DNA from: Bacteroidota bacterium
Lineage (GTDB): Bacteria > Bacteroidota > Ignavibacteria > Palsa-1295
Length of the DNA stretch: 64,000 nucleotides
Reading direction: 5' to 3'
Assembly (NCBI GenBank): GCA_021324735.1
Contig: JAJPIO010000011.1
Coordinates: 22,612-86,611, forward strand
The translations under genes were made by a program, and so were the position numbers. The notes beneath the pieces were generated by a model that saw nothing but the letters and a program-made list of their open reading frames with translations, did no database searches and was not told where the DNA came from. This document shows, one piece after another, positions 47,668 through 58,371 of this stretch; within the stretch, counting starts at the first letter, position 1, and each line of letters begins with the position of its first letter.

Positions 47668-48162
47668 TTACACTTTGCCTTTGCCCCATTCGACTACTTC
47701 TAATCGAACACGGCCGAGGCCGGCTCGCTCGATACCAATAGCTCGTGCGGCCGCGTAGGTCAAGTCAATAATGCGCTCCGGTTTTACCGGCCCACGATCA
47801 TTGATGCGCACCGTCACACTTGCATGTGTTGCCAAATTCGTTACGCGGACCTTCGTCCCGAACGGAAAATGACGGTGCGCTGCAGTCAACTTCGAGTTGT
47901 CAAAGATCTCCCCGTCCGAGGTGCGGCGTCCCTGAAAATCGTTAGAATAGTAGGACGCAACCCCTTCTTCGGTAGCCAGCGTGGTCATCACCGGCCGAAC
48001 GGCACATGAACTGACGAGAGACGATAAGGCGACGAGCGCCACGATCGCAACTCCGAATCGCACCTGAGGTAAGGTTACCCGTTGACCCCTGGCTTGCCGC
48101 CATCCTAACAGATGCCGGCGGACGATCAACCGCCCTCCTGGCGAGAGTGCATTCATGTCCAT
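47668..48162 (-). CDS. rlpA: RlpA-family DPBB lipoprotein (septal ring lytic transglycosylase)
   Basis: G.ASYY...FQGRRTSDGE, LTAAH..FPFGT.VRVTN, RINDRGP, RIIDL; start uncertain; TATCTTTG box at 48178-48185. Confidence 0.93.
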   Translation of the reverse strand: MDMNALSPGGRLIVRRHLLGWRQARGQRVTLPQVRFGVAIVALVALSSLVSSCAVRPVMTTLATEEGVASYYSNDFQGRRTSDGEIFDNSKLTAAHRHFPFGTKVRVTNLATHASVTVRINDRGPVKPERIIDLTYAAARAIGIERAGLGRVRLEVVEWGKGKV

Positions 48163-48286
48163 TTCAAATGTACCACACAAAGATACAATGAAAAATATGA
48201 GAAGTCAAGAGGTTACTTAAAGTATTTTATTAGGTCCGCACTTTTCCCCACAAATTGCCACATTTTAATTGAAAATTAATCTAATA

Positions 48287-48322
48287 GAAACACCAATTCC
48301 CCCTTTTGGAGGGGAATTGGTG
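48287..48322 (-). terminator. Rho-independent terminator
   Basis: CACCAATTCCCC/GGGGAATTGGTG 12-bp stem, TTTCTATT tail on the minus strand. Confidence 0.8.
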
Positions 48323-48342
48323 CTCGATAAACCGAAGAAGGA

Positions 48343-51300
48343 TTAGTGCAATACGGACAATGCCGCATGTGCATGATTGCCGGAATTGTCTATAATATCG
48401 ATATTATAGATTCCCGACGGCCAACTCTGGATATTAAGAGGAAGACCGTTCGAAGCCTCCTGACTTGCTATTGCTGTTCTGGTCAGATAGGTTTGTCCCA
48501 GCAAGTTTGTGACATTCAACTGTTGAATATCATCGCTGAGGCCATTAACGATGGCTGTCGTTGAAGCGGCCGCTGGATTTTGTGTGAGTTCGATTGCGAA
48601 AGTACCGATCGCTGTCGAGCCCGGATTCTTTTTAAGGCCGCAACCTGGTCCTCCATAAGTACCGCTATTGCCCCACCAATGCGGAAGGTTAATAGGCCAC
48701 TGACCTGCAATATTCGACACTAATGCGGTCAGCAATACCGCACTACCTATTTGTGTAGGCGAAGCCGGTTCCACATAACGAACTTCAGTACCCGCAATTA
48801 GGTATGGATCGAGAATGTCGGTAGCGTACCCTGGTGTTATCGACCATGTACCTAAGGGCAATGTCGTTGGTGCTGCCATCGAACCGGCAGCGGGAGTAAG
48901 CACCAATGGCATGTAAGACCAATTCATGTAAATTGGCATAACAGATTTATCGTCCCAGGTCAAAGCCGGCACGGGCCCCCAATCTCCTGGAGGCGTTCCT
49001 CCCTGGGCGATAATGTTCGCCAATTCAGGCGTCATATAATAGAGTGGTATCACGCGATTAATGCGAGCGATCGCACTCGTCTGCGCCGTATTGACATAAT
49101 CAAGACAGGTCGCAATTGGACCAAGCTTATCATTATAAGTGACGCATCGAAGATCCTGTGCATTCGTATTTGCAAAGACGGCGAGCTTACCTGCGATCTG
49201 AGGTTCCGTCGGATCGGGACCTGCCACTAATGCAGGGTTTATTACTCGAGCATAAATATTGCTTTGCAAATAAGTATTATTTCCACCATGCGACGTACTG
49301 CCGCCTGTACGTATTTGTTCTAAGCTCCACATGGTCTGATAATACCCGGTGAGACCATACGTCGGAGGAGTTGCACCCCCAATAGTCGGCGTCGGCTGAT
49401 AGAGGTCATAAGCTTCCGCTTCATAAATGCACATGATCCAATTATTCGGATTCGAGTAATGGAATGTGCTATCATACGGGTAGCCACTGCCTTTTGCATC
49501 AAACGATATAAGCTTTGGCCGGCGCTGCATGAACCCATACATGCTCCACTTTGCATCGTCCATAGTCCAGGCAACCGAACAGGTTGGGAGGGTTGGGGTC
49601 GGATCAGGTGAAGGAATATCCATCGTCACAGGCGGAATTGTGAGATTAAGATTTAAATTCTCAAGCCTGATCGGATGTAATCCATTTGTGGTCGTGGCAT
49701 CGTGATCGAATGCGAGCGTAATCAGATTAGTATTGTCCGGATTAGCGATCGCATCCGGATGATGTGCCTCTTCGTTTGTGCCAGTGAGGCTAACACAGGT
49801 AGGTGCGGTAATTACCGTACCGCTTCCCATGTAATCGGTAGCATAGATACGACGCGGTAGAGCCGGCGTCCCAATGCCTTCGTCTTCCCAAGCAACACAA
49901 ACCCAATTGGGAGCACCACCCGAAGCAACACAGGCATTGCCGCGATGATTGATATTCCCATATCGCCACATTGTGCTACCACTCCAGGTCGCACCTGTAG
50001 TAGAGTTTACACCAGAAAGTGCAATACCCGATTGATTCCCAGGCGTATTAGCGATCGGTGTTTCCCGCCAAACTATATACGCGCCTGTATTACCGGGATT
50101 GGGATCGTAACAAGCACGAACCTGATCGATCGAGTATCCACTCATAGGATTGGTGTTAGCAGGCTGAACCGTAGTAGCCCAAACGCGTGAAGCGCCACTA
50201 AATGCTATTGCTTCGAGCTGTCCAGCGGTATTCTGTCCGGGAGTAGTGTAATTGCTTCCGTAGACAAACACGTTATTGCCGGTCGCTGGATCGGGGACGA
50301 CGGCCCAATTGCGGAACCACATATTTACAGCACCGGGCCCATTATTTTCAAAGTCGATAGGCCCCCAGGGATCCGGTGTGATCGTTCCCGTAAAGAGATC
50401 GATGGTAACGTCTTCGTAAGTTGTCAGGTAGGTAGAGACGCCCGCCGGAAATTCGTGAATGTAGGTGACCAGCGCGGTGTAATCGCCCGTAGAACCATCA
50501 TAATAGATTGCACACTTCGGCTGATAAAATGATTCACGCGGATCGCTGCGCAACGAACTCGTGAGATTCCAGCTTGCACCAGAAACAAAGAAAGAACCGC
50601 CACGACCTAGTATAATATCGGAGGTTCCATTCTCCTGTATTTCACTATACACGGTAGCCGTCACTGAATCGTACGCAGCTGTATAGGGGTCGATTTCCCA
50701 TGTGTTGTTATCTACAGGTGCATTCACTTGTGACGTTAAATACGGATAGATACCACCGATCGTCCAGGAGGAGAAATCATAGGTTTGATCCTCCATATCT
50801 GCTAAGCGGCTTTCATCGGTTTCGGGATCGACAAGATCGGTGTAGCGATCACTCCAGGTATACGGTACTCCCGCTCCCATCAATTGCTGGTAGTTAACAA
50901 CACAGAAATTGGACGATGTTGCGGAAGCTGTAAAATATGCTCCATTATATCCTCGAACATTCTCCGTCACGACTGGCGAAGTACCAGCAAAGGTAAATGG
51001 AGATAACGATAGCGCAAAAATATCCAGAACTCCATTAATGGGAGTCGTACCGCTATAATCCGGCACCGCCAAATATTCCCAATTCCCATTTACGTTACCG
51101 AACCCTTTGAAGTTTGGAGAGTTGATCGGTATCGGCGTCGCGGCAGGAGGCTGTACTGCGCTGGTGCCTGCGGAGAATGTCGTAAAGTAATCTGCATTAA
51201 GATGGTAGATGCCACCACCGGCATCCATAGTCCATGTAGCAACAACATCTTCCTGCGCCGGCCCAGTAGAAACAAGGCGCTTACTCAGTGAACATGGATA

Positions 51301-52629
51301 TCCGAGAGTAGTTGTTCCTGGAAACGATCGAAGAAAGGCCGTCATGACACCTGATGTCAGCACATATCCATTCAAATGCGGTACATCGGCACCTCCGGAA
51401 TAATCCTGGTAGAGAAATACCGCTGCACCCTGATACATATAATTAGAGTAACCACGGCAATCTTCCATGTAAAATTCGCAATGTGTTGCTTGATCGAGGG
51501 GTGCTGAAGAAAGCCGCGAGCCACCGGGCGGAAGGCTCAACACATATAGTGCGGTGCTTCCCTGTACCGTAATGCACGCGGGAGTTGCACCGCCTGTACT
51601 TAAATAGGTGTAGTCATCTCCCCAAGCCATGTCGTATTGCTGGAGATCCTCATTCCATTTAATGATGGGACACCACTTATGGCTTGACAAACTCGCTGCA
51701 TCGATCTGCGCCATAGGACCGCCAGCCGGCCAATTGGTAACAAGCGCTGTATTGAAATGCGACGCCCAAATTTGATCGTAACTCGTGAAGCCTCCGAGGT
51801 TATTGCGAATAAGAACGGCAGCACCGACATTACCTCCGGCATCATCTGTTGCTAACGAAAGCTCGTGAATATCTCCGAGAGCACCTGGATTACCGATCGG
51901 AACCGTCACAACCGTCGCAGCCGTACCGATTGAATTTCCGGCAACATTGAAATAGCAGGCCGTGACCTGGCAACCGGTACCATATTTTAACTCCTTCCAA
52001 GCAATAAATAGATTGCCATTCGAAGCAACTACAATTCGTGGCATCGAGCAGGTACCCACATGTGCATCCAATTGAACTGGATAACCGCTTCGGATCGCAC
52101 CCGTGGCCGGGTTAATACGCCATAGAGCTACACCGATATAATTTTCGACGTATTTCGCATTACCGGCCGGATCGGTACAGTGATGCTGAATAGGCTGGCT
52201 TACATCCCCGTTTGCGATGAGGCCTACTACAAACATATCCTGAGGGTTCAATGTAGTACCCGCACCAGCAATAACGGATGCTAAATTATCATCCGGCTGT
52301 CCATATGGAACGACCAAACCCCAACGAATATCGGTATAAGGAGCAACGCCTGTTGGAGTACCAAAATTTTCCGTACCCCAGCGATATGTTAATGGCCCTG
52401 ATCCGGTATAAGGTACCCAATCCGTATTAAGTGGTGGATTAACACCATTTCCAGAAGCGACCCATTCATCATACGAAGATGGTGATTGGGCTTGCCCAAA
52501 AACCTGAGAATGCGCCAATTGGGATGATCCAAGAATTAACAGGAACATAATTACTATCGCTGAGCGATAGCCGATCTTTTCCAGCGGAGGCTTAAAAGAT
52601 CGAATCTGTAAGAAGCGATCTGCTTTCAT
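48343..52629 (-). CDS. Large T9SS-secreted protein of unknown function (beta-rich)
   Basis: Signal ending AHS-Q; recurring ..vaW.d blade-like segments; CTD TQNPA..NLLGQ..SGIY; TAGATTTG box at 52864-52871. Confidence 0.8.
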   Translation of the reverse strand: MKADRFLQIRSFKPPLEKIGYRSAIVIMFLLILGSSQLAHSQVFGQAQSPSSYDEWVASGNGVNPPLNTDWVPYTGSGPLTYRWGTENFGTPTGVAPYTDIRWGLVVPYGQPDDNLASVIAGAGTTLNPQDMFVVGLIANGDVSQPIQHHCTDPAGNAKYVENYIGVALWRINPATGAIRSGYPVQLDAHVGTCSMPRIVVASNGNLFIAWKELKYGTGCQVTACYFNVAGNSIGTAATVVTVPIGNPGALGDIHELSLATDDAGGNVGAAVLIRNNLGGFTSYDQIWASHFNTALVTNWPAGGPMAQIDAASLSSHKWCPIIKWNEDLQQYDMAWGDDYTYLSTGGATPACITVQGSTALYVLSLPPGGSRLSSAPLDQATHCEFYMEDCRGYSNYMYQGAAVFLYQDYSGGADVPHLNGYVLTSGVMTAFLRSFPGTTTLGYPCSLSKRLVSTGPAQEDVVATWTMDAGGGIYHLNADYFTTFSAGTSAVQPPAATPIPINSPNFKGFGNVNGNWEYLAVPDYSGTTPINGVLDIFALSLSPFTFAGTSPVVTENVRGYNGAYFTASATSSNFCVVNYQQLMGAGVPYTWSDRYTDLVDPETDESRLADMEDQTYDFSSWTIGGIYPYLTSQVNAPVDNNTWEIDPYTAAYDSVTATVYSEIQENGTSDIILGRGGSFFVSGASWNLTSSLRSDPRESFYQPKCAIYYDGSTGDYTALVTYIHEFPAGVSTYLTTYEDVTIDLFTGTITPDPWGPIDFENNGPGAVNMWFRNWAVVPDPATGNNVFVYGSNYTTPGQNTAGQLEAIAFSGASRVWATTVQPANTNPMSGYSIDQVRACYDPNPGNTGAYIVWRETPIANTPGNQSGIALSGVNSTTGATWSGSTMWRYGNINHRGNACVASGGAPNWVCVAWEDEGIGTPALPRRIYATDYMGSGTVITAPTCVSLTGTNEEAHHPDAIANPDNTNLITLAFDHDATTTNGLHPIRLENLNLNLTIPPVTMDIPSPDPTPTLPTCSVAWTMDDAKWSMYGFMQRRPKLISFDAKGSGYPYDSTFHYSNPNNWIMCIYEAEAYDLYQPTPTIGGATPPTYGLTGYYQTMWSLEQIRTGGSTSHGGNNTYLQSNIYARVINPALVAGPDPTEPQIAGKLAVFANTNAQDLRCVTYNDKLGPIATCLDYVNTAQTSAIARINRVIPLYYMTPELANIIAQGGTPPGDWGPVPALTWDDKSVMPIYMNWSYMPLVLTPAAGSMAAPTTLPLGTWSITPGYATDILDPYLIAGTEVRYVEPASPTQIGSAVLLTALVSNIAGQWPINLPHWWGNSGTYGGPGCGLKKNPGSTAIGTFAIELTQNPAAASTTAIVNGLSDDIQQLNVTNLLGQTYLTRTAIASQEASNGLPLNIQSWPSGIYNIDIIDNSGNHAHAALSVLH

Positions 52630-52919
52630 AGCTATGTTAATGATTAAGGGGGACGTGCAAACCTTCTTGAATTATCCCAGAAAATCGCGGCTTACACGTC
52701 CAGCAACTACAAGAGCGATTCACCGGAAATCAGCCTGTTCTGCACAGGCGGAGATAATATCTATGGACATTTCTATAGCGCGACGAAGGTGACACGGGCT
52801 ATGGTCTACCTCGAACCAGATCGACGCATTATCTAAAGAGCTGCTTCTGACATTATCCTTGAACAAATCTATACTGTTAGCTCTTATATTGGCTACTTAG
52901 TGGACTACTCATTTTTTCA

Positions 52920-54596
52920 TTGCTCTTGAAAAAACTTATGGGAGTTTCTCCTGCCGTCCTTCGCGCCCAAATTGCTCGGACGAAAAATATCGAGAAAAGA
53001 ATTGATTTACAGTTTCAACTGGGATCTGCCTTATTCTACTGTGATGTGGAAGAAGCAAACAAAGAAATGACTCGTATGTATGATGAGTATGCATCTTCTG
53101 GTAATGCCCGGGGTCTATCTGCATCGTTAATAATAATGGGAAGAATTTCTTTGATAGATGGGGTGCTTACTGAAGGTTTGGAAAAACTCCATCAGGCTAA
53201 AGAATATGCAGAATTATCGTCCGATCCCAAGCTTCATTCTGAATCGTTGTGGGCAATAGCCCTTGCAAACCGAAGTTTAGGAAATTATAGAGAAGCGTTA
53301 TCGAATGCAATTCAAGCAGCATTTATCCAGGAGCAACATGGGTATCATCGCGAACGATGTCGTTCCTTGTATACTATTTCACAAACCTATGTCTATCAAT
53401 CCGATTATAAATCAGCGCTGCAATATGCACTTGAAGGGTTAAATTGCTCTCGTTCCATTGGAGATCTAGGGTCAGAGGCAATGCATTTGGCCGGCTTAGG
53501 GAATATTAATTTGTCGTTACAGAATACGGATGCTGCAATAGAATACTTTGAAGCGGCATTGAAGCTCGATCAAACCGTAAATAATATTAGCGGAATAGCA
53601 GTAGATATAGGAAGCCTTTGTACAGCCTACATTAATGCAGCGAAGTGGGAAACGGCTCTTTCGTATGCAAAAAGAGCGGAGGAATTGGCAATAAAGGATA
53701 TAAACAGTAATTTATTAACCCATTGCTATTTTGATACAGCTCGTGCCCATTTTGGAACTGGTGATCTGACGTTGACCGAAGAATTTCTAAATAAGGCGAT
53801 TGAAGTTTCACAGAAAGTTGGATATCAGTATATTCTTCGAGCTTGTTTTAAACTACTGGGAGACGTTCGCGCCGCTCAGGGAGAATTAATACAGGCCAAG
53901 CAATTATATGAAAAAGCATTGGCGTCGTTCGACGGGAATGATGATATTGCCCATCAGATAGAAGTCCTGACAAGCTTAAGCAAACTGTGCGAAGCAGAAA
54001 AAGACTTAGCCAACGCCCTCCTGTATCAAAAGCGGCTTGCCGATGCCAAGGTATTCGAGACTCGGCAAAAGAATCATCGTGAGATCGTCCTAATGCAGGT
54101 GCAGGTCGATACAGCGCTTCTGGAGCAGGAACGAGAAAGCTATAAGGTCAAAGCCATGCAGGCGATGGAAGCGTTCGAACGGAAGACGCGCGAATTAAGT
54201 GAGGTCTCGGTACACCTTGCGCGGCGAAGGGATCTATTGACCGCTCTGCTCACCGATCTTACCGGTTTAGAAAAAAATTTCTCCTCCCGCGAATTGCATA
54301 ACATCCGGAAAAAGATCAATACAGAACTCAGCACCGGTCAGCAAATAGAGCGCGTCGATGAGATACTGTCAAAACTCGAGCCTGGGTTTTTAACTCAGCT
54401 TAAAGCAAAGCACCCTGAGCTTTCAAAAACAGAATTAAAAGTCTGCTTGCTTCTGAAGTTAAACTTACAGACCCCGGAGATCGCTAATCTGCTGTTAACG
54501 TCTGAGCGCACGATCGAAAATCATCGACTGCACATTCGAAAAAAGATAAAAATTCTCGCGAAGCAGTCACTTCAGGAATATTTGAATTCGCTGTAA
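52920..54596 (+). CDS. TPR-repeat + LuxR-type HTH transcriptional regulator
   Basis: Multiple TPRs, coiled coil, C-terminal HPELSKTELKVCLLLKLNL.TPEIANLL..SERTIENHRLHIRKK. Confidence 0.9.
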   Translation: MLLKKLMGVSPAVLRAQIARTKNIEKRIDLQFQLGSALFYCDVEEANKEMTRMYDEYASSGNARGLSASLIIMGRISLIDGVLTEGLEKLHQAKEYAELSSDPKLHSESLWAIALANRSLGNYREALSNAIQAAFIQEQHGYHRERCRSLYTISQTYVYQSDYKSALQYALEGLNCSRSIGDLGSEAMHLAGLGNINLSLQNTDAAIEYFEAALKLDQTVNNISGIAVDIGSLCTAYINAAKWETALSYAKRAEELAIKDINSNLLTHCYFDTARAHFGTGDLTLTEEFLNKAIEVSQKVGYQYILRACFKLLGDVRAAQGELIQAKQLYEKALASFDGNDDIAHQIEVLTSLSKLCEAEKDLANALLYQKRLADAKVFETRQKNHREIVLMQVQVDTALLEQERESYKVKAMQAMEAFERKTRELSEVSVHLARRRDLLTALLTDLTGLEKNFSSRELHNIRKKINTELSTGQQIERVDEILSKLEPGFLTQLKAKHPELSKTELKVCLLLKLNLQTPEIANLLLTSERTIENHRLHIRKKIKILAKQSLQEYLNSL

Positions 54597-54609
54597 TTCG
54601 TAATCTTTA

Positions 54610-55728
54610 TTACAAATACTCCGTCATCTGATGACGCTTTAGGTAATCGACGACATCGCGGACGCCCTGCGCCTGATCGCGCTTGGTAATGAGGATCGCA
54701 TCGCCGGTATTGATGACGACGGCGTCCGTCATGCCATAGGTGGCTATGAGTTGATCGTTGCGTGAGATGATGAGGCAGCCACGCGAATTGCGAGCAACTA
54801 CATGATTGCCGACGAGCACATTGTTCTCGAGGTCCTTCTCGCTGAGGCGGTAGACCTCATCCCAGCTCCCAACATCACTCCACCCTAATGCGCCGGCGCG
54901 GAGCACGTACACGTTCGGGGCTTGCTCCATTACACCATAGTCAATTGAGACGCCGCGGATAGTGCTGTATGCTTCTTTCAGCTTAGCGGCAAAATCGGGA
55001 GCGGTATGCGGGGGCACACGATCGATTAGCTGCATGATCTCCGGCGTGTATTCGTGCATCGCTTTTTCGATCGCATCGACACGCCAAACGAACATGCCGC
55101 TATTCCACAGGAAGTCTCCGCTCTCGACAAAACGCCGGGCCGTATCGACGTCCGGTTTTTCGGCAAAGCGTTTCACCGAAAAGACATCGCGCAATTCGAA
55201 CTCCGAAAAATGCGGAAGCTCTTTTTGCGATGGCAAATGCTCGTCATCAAGTTGGATATAGCCAAAACCGGTCTCGGGTCGCGCAGGATGAATGCCGACT
55301 GTGATGAGCGAACGGGTATCGACCGCCAGGCGCGCAGCCAGCTTCATCAGCCGCGCGAATTCCGATTCGTTACGGATGACGTGATCGGCCGGAAGGACGA
55401 TCATCACCGAGTCGCCGCCGTTCGATTCGCGAATGATCTTCGCACCGAGCGCGATGCACGTGGCGGTGTTGCGGCCAAACGGTTCGGATATAATATTCTG
55501 CTTTGGCAGGTCCGGCAACTGCCGTTCGAGCTCCGCGCGCTGGACTTCGTTGGTGACGACCAGCGTGTCGCCGATATCGGCGAAAAGTTTTGTGCGAGCG
55601 ATCGTCGCCTGGATGAGGGATATCCCAGGGGTGACGACATCGAGGAGCTGCTTCGGACGTTGGGCCCGGCTTTCCGGCCAGAATCGTGAGCCGACTCCGC
55701 CTGCCATTATGAGAACGCTTATTTTCAA
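54610..55728 (-). CDS. manC: Mannose-1-phosphate guanylyltransferase
   Basis: MAGGVGSRFWP.SR..RPKQ, EP.GRNTA, PADH, FAEKP, WNSGMF, SIDYGVME, WSDVGSW; TAACTTTG box at 55811-55818. Confidence 0.95.
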   Translation of the reverse strand: MKISVLIMAGGVGSRFWPESRAQRPKQLLDVVTPGISLIQATIARTKLFADIGDTLVVTNEVQRAELERQLPDLPKQNIISEPFGRNTATCIALGAKIIRESNGGDSVMIVLPADHVIRNESEFARLMKLAARLAVDTRSLITVGIHPARPETGFGYIQLDDEHLPSQKELPHFSEFELRDVFSVKRFAEKPDVDTARRFVESGDFLWNSGMFVWRVDAIEKAMHEYTPEIMQLIDRVPPHTAPDFAAKLKEAYSTIRGVSIDYGVMEQAPNVYVLRAGALGWSDVGSWDEVYRLSEKDLENNVLVGNHVVARNSRGCLIISRNDQLIATYGMTDAVVINTGDAILITKRDQAQGVRDVVDYLKRHQMTEYL

Positions 55729-55878
55729 CCTGGATTACGCTGATTGGATGGATTTACAGGATTGATTTTTCGGGATTGAATCCGGGATGTTTCGGTATCG
55801 ATCCGCAATGCAAAGTTACGGCGCTCCTGCCACCCGCAACCAGAACCGCAAGATTTTGCTCCGCCGCCGCAAAAAACA

Positions 55879-55905
55879 AAAATCCCCTCAGGTGGAGGGG
55901 ATTTT
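55879..55905. terminator. Terminator hairpin
   Basis: AAAATCCCCTC AGGTG GAGGGGATTTT with a long T tract on the minus strand. Confidence 0.75.
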
Positions 55906-55925
55906 AAAACCAAGGATTAAACAGT

Positions 55926-56042
55926 TTATTGCTTTACGATCTTTACTGTTTGCGCCTCGCCATAGGCCGTTACTAAACGAGCGTAATAGGTGCCACTTGC
56001 CAGCAAAGAAATTACGAGTGAGACAATTAAAATATTATACAT
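55926..56042 (-). CDS. Putative 38-aa membrane/secreted small protein
   Basis: MYNILIVSLVISLLASGTYY..; terminator directly downstream, TATCTTTG box at 56212-56219 upstream. Confidence 0.4.
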   Translation of the reverse strand: MYNILIVSLVISLLASGTYYARLVTAYGEAQTVKIVKQ

Positions 56043-56453
56043 AGACAACAAACTTTGGCTGCAAACATACAAAGGATTTACCTCTCGCTTTCGCCTTTTT
56101 GCGACGAATTTGTGTACGCGCAATCTCTGATTGCGGCTGGCGATCCGGAGATCGCCAGCACACCGAGCGAGCAGGAACTTCGATATAGGTGCCTATTTGT
56201 TCACTACACTTCAAAGATAAATAATGCAGTCACATCTAAACCGTCGAGGACGGGCTCTTCGTGGGATGACCAACATAGCGCTCGATATGAAAAAATATGA
56301 ATGAAAAATTCATACTTGCCAAATGCGAATCAAATTCCATGGCAATTATGAATATTAAAAGAACAAACACAGAAAACGGGTGATGAAGGAGAGTGAAAAC
56401 ACTGAGTAAAGATTTGAAATCAATTAATCTCGGGGAATCGAGGTTAGAATTAG

Positions 56454-57596
56454 GTGCGCCTTAATTACTCGGAATGGAAGCCGGATGAAAGCCAGACGGC
56501 CGAAGATAAACTTCGGGCGCTCGTTCAGCTATTTAGTCAGCTCCTGCTGCAAACCTCCGGGGACGTCAACGAGGCGCTCGAATGGATGCGCTATCTGGAC
56601 GAGCAATATCATGTCTTCGGTCCGGACATGACGATGGACATGTTCATCGATAAGCTGAAGGAGATGGGGCTCGTCCAGGAAGACGAGAACGCACTGCTGA
56701 AGCCGACGAACAAGGCGATCCAGAACATCCGGCGCGATGCGCTGCTCGAGATGTTCCGCTCGCTGAGAAAATCGCCGACCGGCGCACACGATACTCCCCA
56801 TACGGGAAGTGGCATCGAGCGTACGCAGAATACGAAGAACTACACCTTCGGTGACACTGCAACGAACATCGACTTCACGCAGACGATCCAAAATGCGCAG
56901 AAACGCGCGTTGCGCGACGGCACTACGAATGGCGATCTTCACTCGGATGATTTCGATCTGGCAGAAGAAGATATCGAGATCTACGAGACGGAGCATCTAA
57001 CCTCCTGCGCAACAGTGCTCATGATCGATATTTCTCACTCGATGATCCTCTATGGCGAGGACCGCATTACGCCGGCGAAGAAAGTAGCGCTCGCGTTGAG
57101 TGAACTTATCAAAACGAAATTCCCGAAGGATCAACTCTACGTCGTGACCTTTGGCGATGACGCCGAGCTTATCACGTTAAGTGAATTGCCATTTTTGGAA
57201 GTGGGTCCGTATCACACCAATACTCGCGCAGGGCTTCGCCTTGCGCGGCAACTACTGAAGCGCTCGGGTAACGTCAATAAGCAGGTCTTTATGGTGACGG
57301 ACGGCAAGCCCTCCGCGATGTTCGAAGATAACGGACGACTCTATAAGAACTCGTTCGGCCTTGACCCGAAGATCGTAAATAAAACGCTCGACGAGGCGAT
57401 CGCTTGCAGGCGAGAGAAGATCACGATCTCGACGTTCATGGTCGCCCGCGATCCATATCTCATCAACTTCGTTGAAGAGCTAACGAAGGCTAATAAAGGC
57501 CGGGCGTATTATTCCGGCCTTAACGATCTCGGCCAGTTCGTCTTCGTCGATTACGTGAGGAATCGGAAAAAGAAGTATCCGGGTAGTAGAGATTAA
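56454..57596 (+). CDS. VWA-domain protein
   Basis: MIDAS motif MIDISHSM, HTNT, VTDGKP. Confidence 0.9.
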   Translation: MRLNYSEWKPDESQTAEDKLRALVQLFSQLLLQTSGDVNEALEWMRYLDEQYHVFGPDMTMDMFIDKLKEMGLVQEDENALLKPTNKAIQNIRRDALLEMFRSLRKSPTGAHDTPHTGSGIERTQNTKNYTFGDTATNIDFTQTIQNAQKRALRDGTTNGDLHSDDFDLAEEDIEIYETEHLTSCATVLMIDISHSMILYGEDRITPAKKVALALSELIKTKFPKDQLYVVTFGDDAELITLSELPFLEVGPYHTNTRAGLRLARQLLKRSGNVNKQVFMVTDGKPSAMFEDNGRLYKNSFGLDPKIVNKTLDEAIACRREKITISTFMVARDPYLINFVEELTKANKGRAYYSGLNDLGQFVFVDYVRNRKKKYPGSRD

Positions 57597-57603
57597 AAAA
57601 ATC

Positions 57604-58278
57604 TCAATGCTTTGTTAAGTTAAATAGATACGATACCCCGAACGATGCAGTCGCAACGGGACCGTTGTTATCCGACGTATTGTGGCTTTGTTTTGGATCG
57701 AAGTACGGAAGCGGTGCATTCGCATCGGAGACAAGGTGGCTAAAGGCATACGATCCTTGGACAAGAAAGCGAAGCTGGCCATCATCATTTTGCCAGATCG
57801 GTATGGTTGCGCCAAGTCGTAGTTCAACGAGGAAATTCATCGCCGTAGCACCGACGGAAAATGATCCCGTTGGCTGGCCAGCTCCTTTCATTGTATCAGC
57901 ACTGTATCCAAGGGGAACGCCGAGGCCTAATCCAAGCTGAAAATCGCCGAGAAGAATGCTCGGGCGAATCGCGAAATAATTGAAGGTGTAACTATACTTA
58001 AAATTCTGATCGTCCTGCTTGTAAAAATCGAGCGAGCGGGCATCGTATCCCATATCGACCTGAGCCGAGATCAGATCGGTAATTCCAAAGAGGGCACTTG
58101 CTCCGCCGCTCCAGGCAAATTTGAAATCGGTCTTTGCACCGTTCGCAACACTTCCCGCATTAACGGCACCCCCGGCCGTGAAGAACGGTCCGAGCCAAAT
58201 GTTCTGGTCTTTACTTTGGGCAAAAGAAGCAGATGTTGCTGTGATTAATGCGATTGCAATAAGGACGATCTTTTTCAT
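57604..58278 (-). CDS. Outer-membrane beta-barrel (porin family) protein
   Basis: Signal MKKIV..SFA-Q, amphipathic strands, C-terminal FGVSYLF; TATATTTG box at 58338-58345. Confidence 0.75.
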   Translation of the reverse strand: MKKIVLIAIALITATSASFAQSKDQNIWLGPFFTAGGAVNAGSVANGAKTDFKFAWSGGASALFGITDLISAQVDMGYDARSLDFYKQDDQNFKYSYTFNYFAIRPSILLGDFQLGLGLGVPLGYSADTMKGAGQPTGSFSVGATAMNFLVELRLGATIPIWQNDDGQLRFLVQGSYAFSHLVSDANAPLPYFDPKQSHNTSDNNGPVATASFGVSYLFNLTKH

Positions 58279-58371
58279 AACGTGTAGATTGACGATGGAA
58301 CACAGAGTGACAACGGTCACTCACTCATAGTCACTTGCAAATATAGCACATTCCGCCGAATGACAGAGGCG

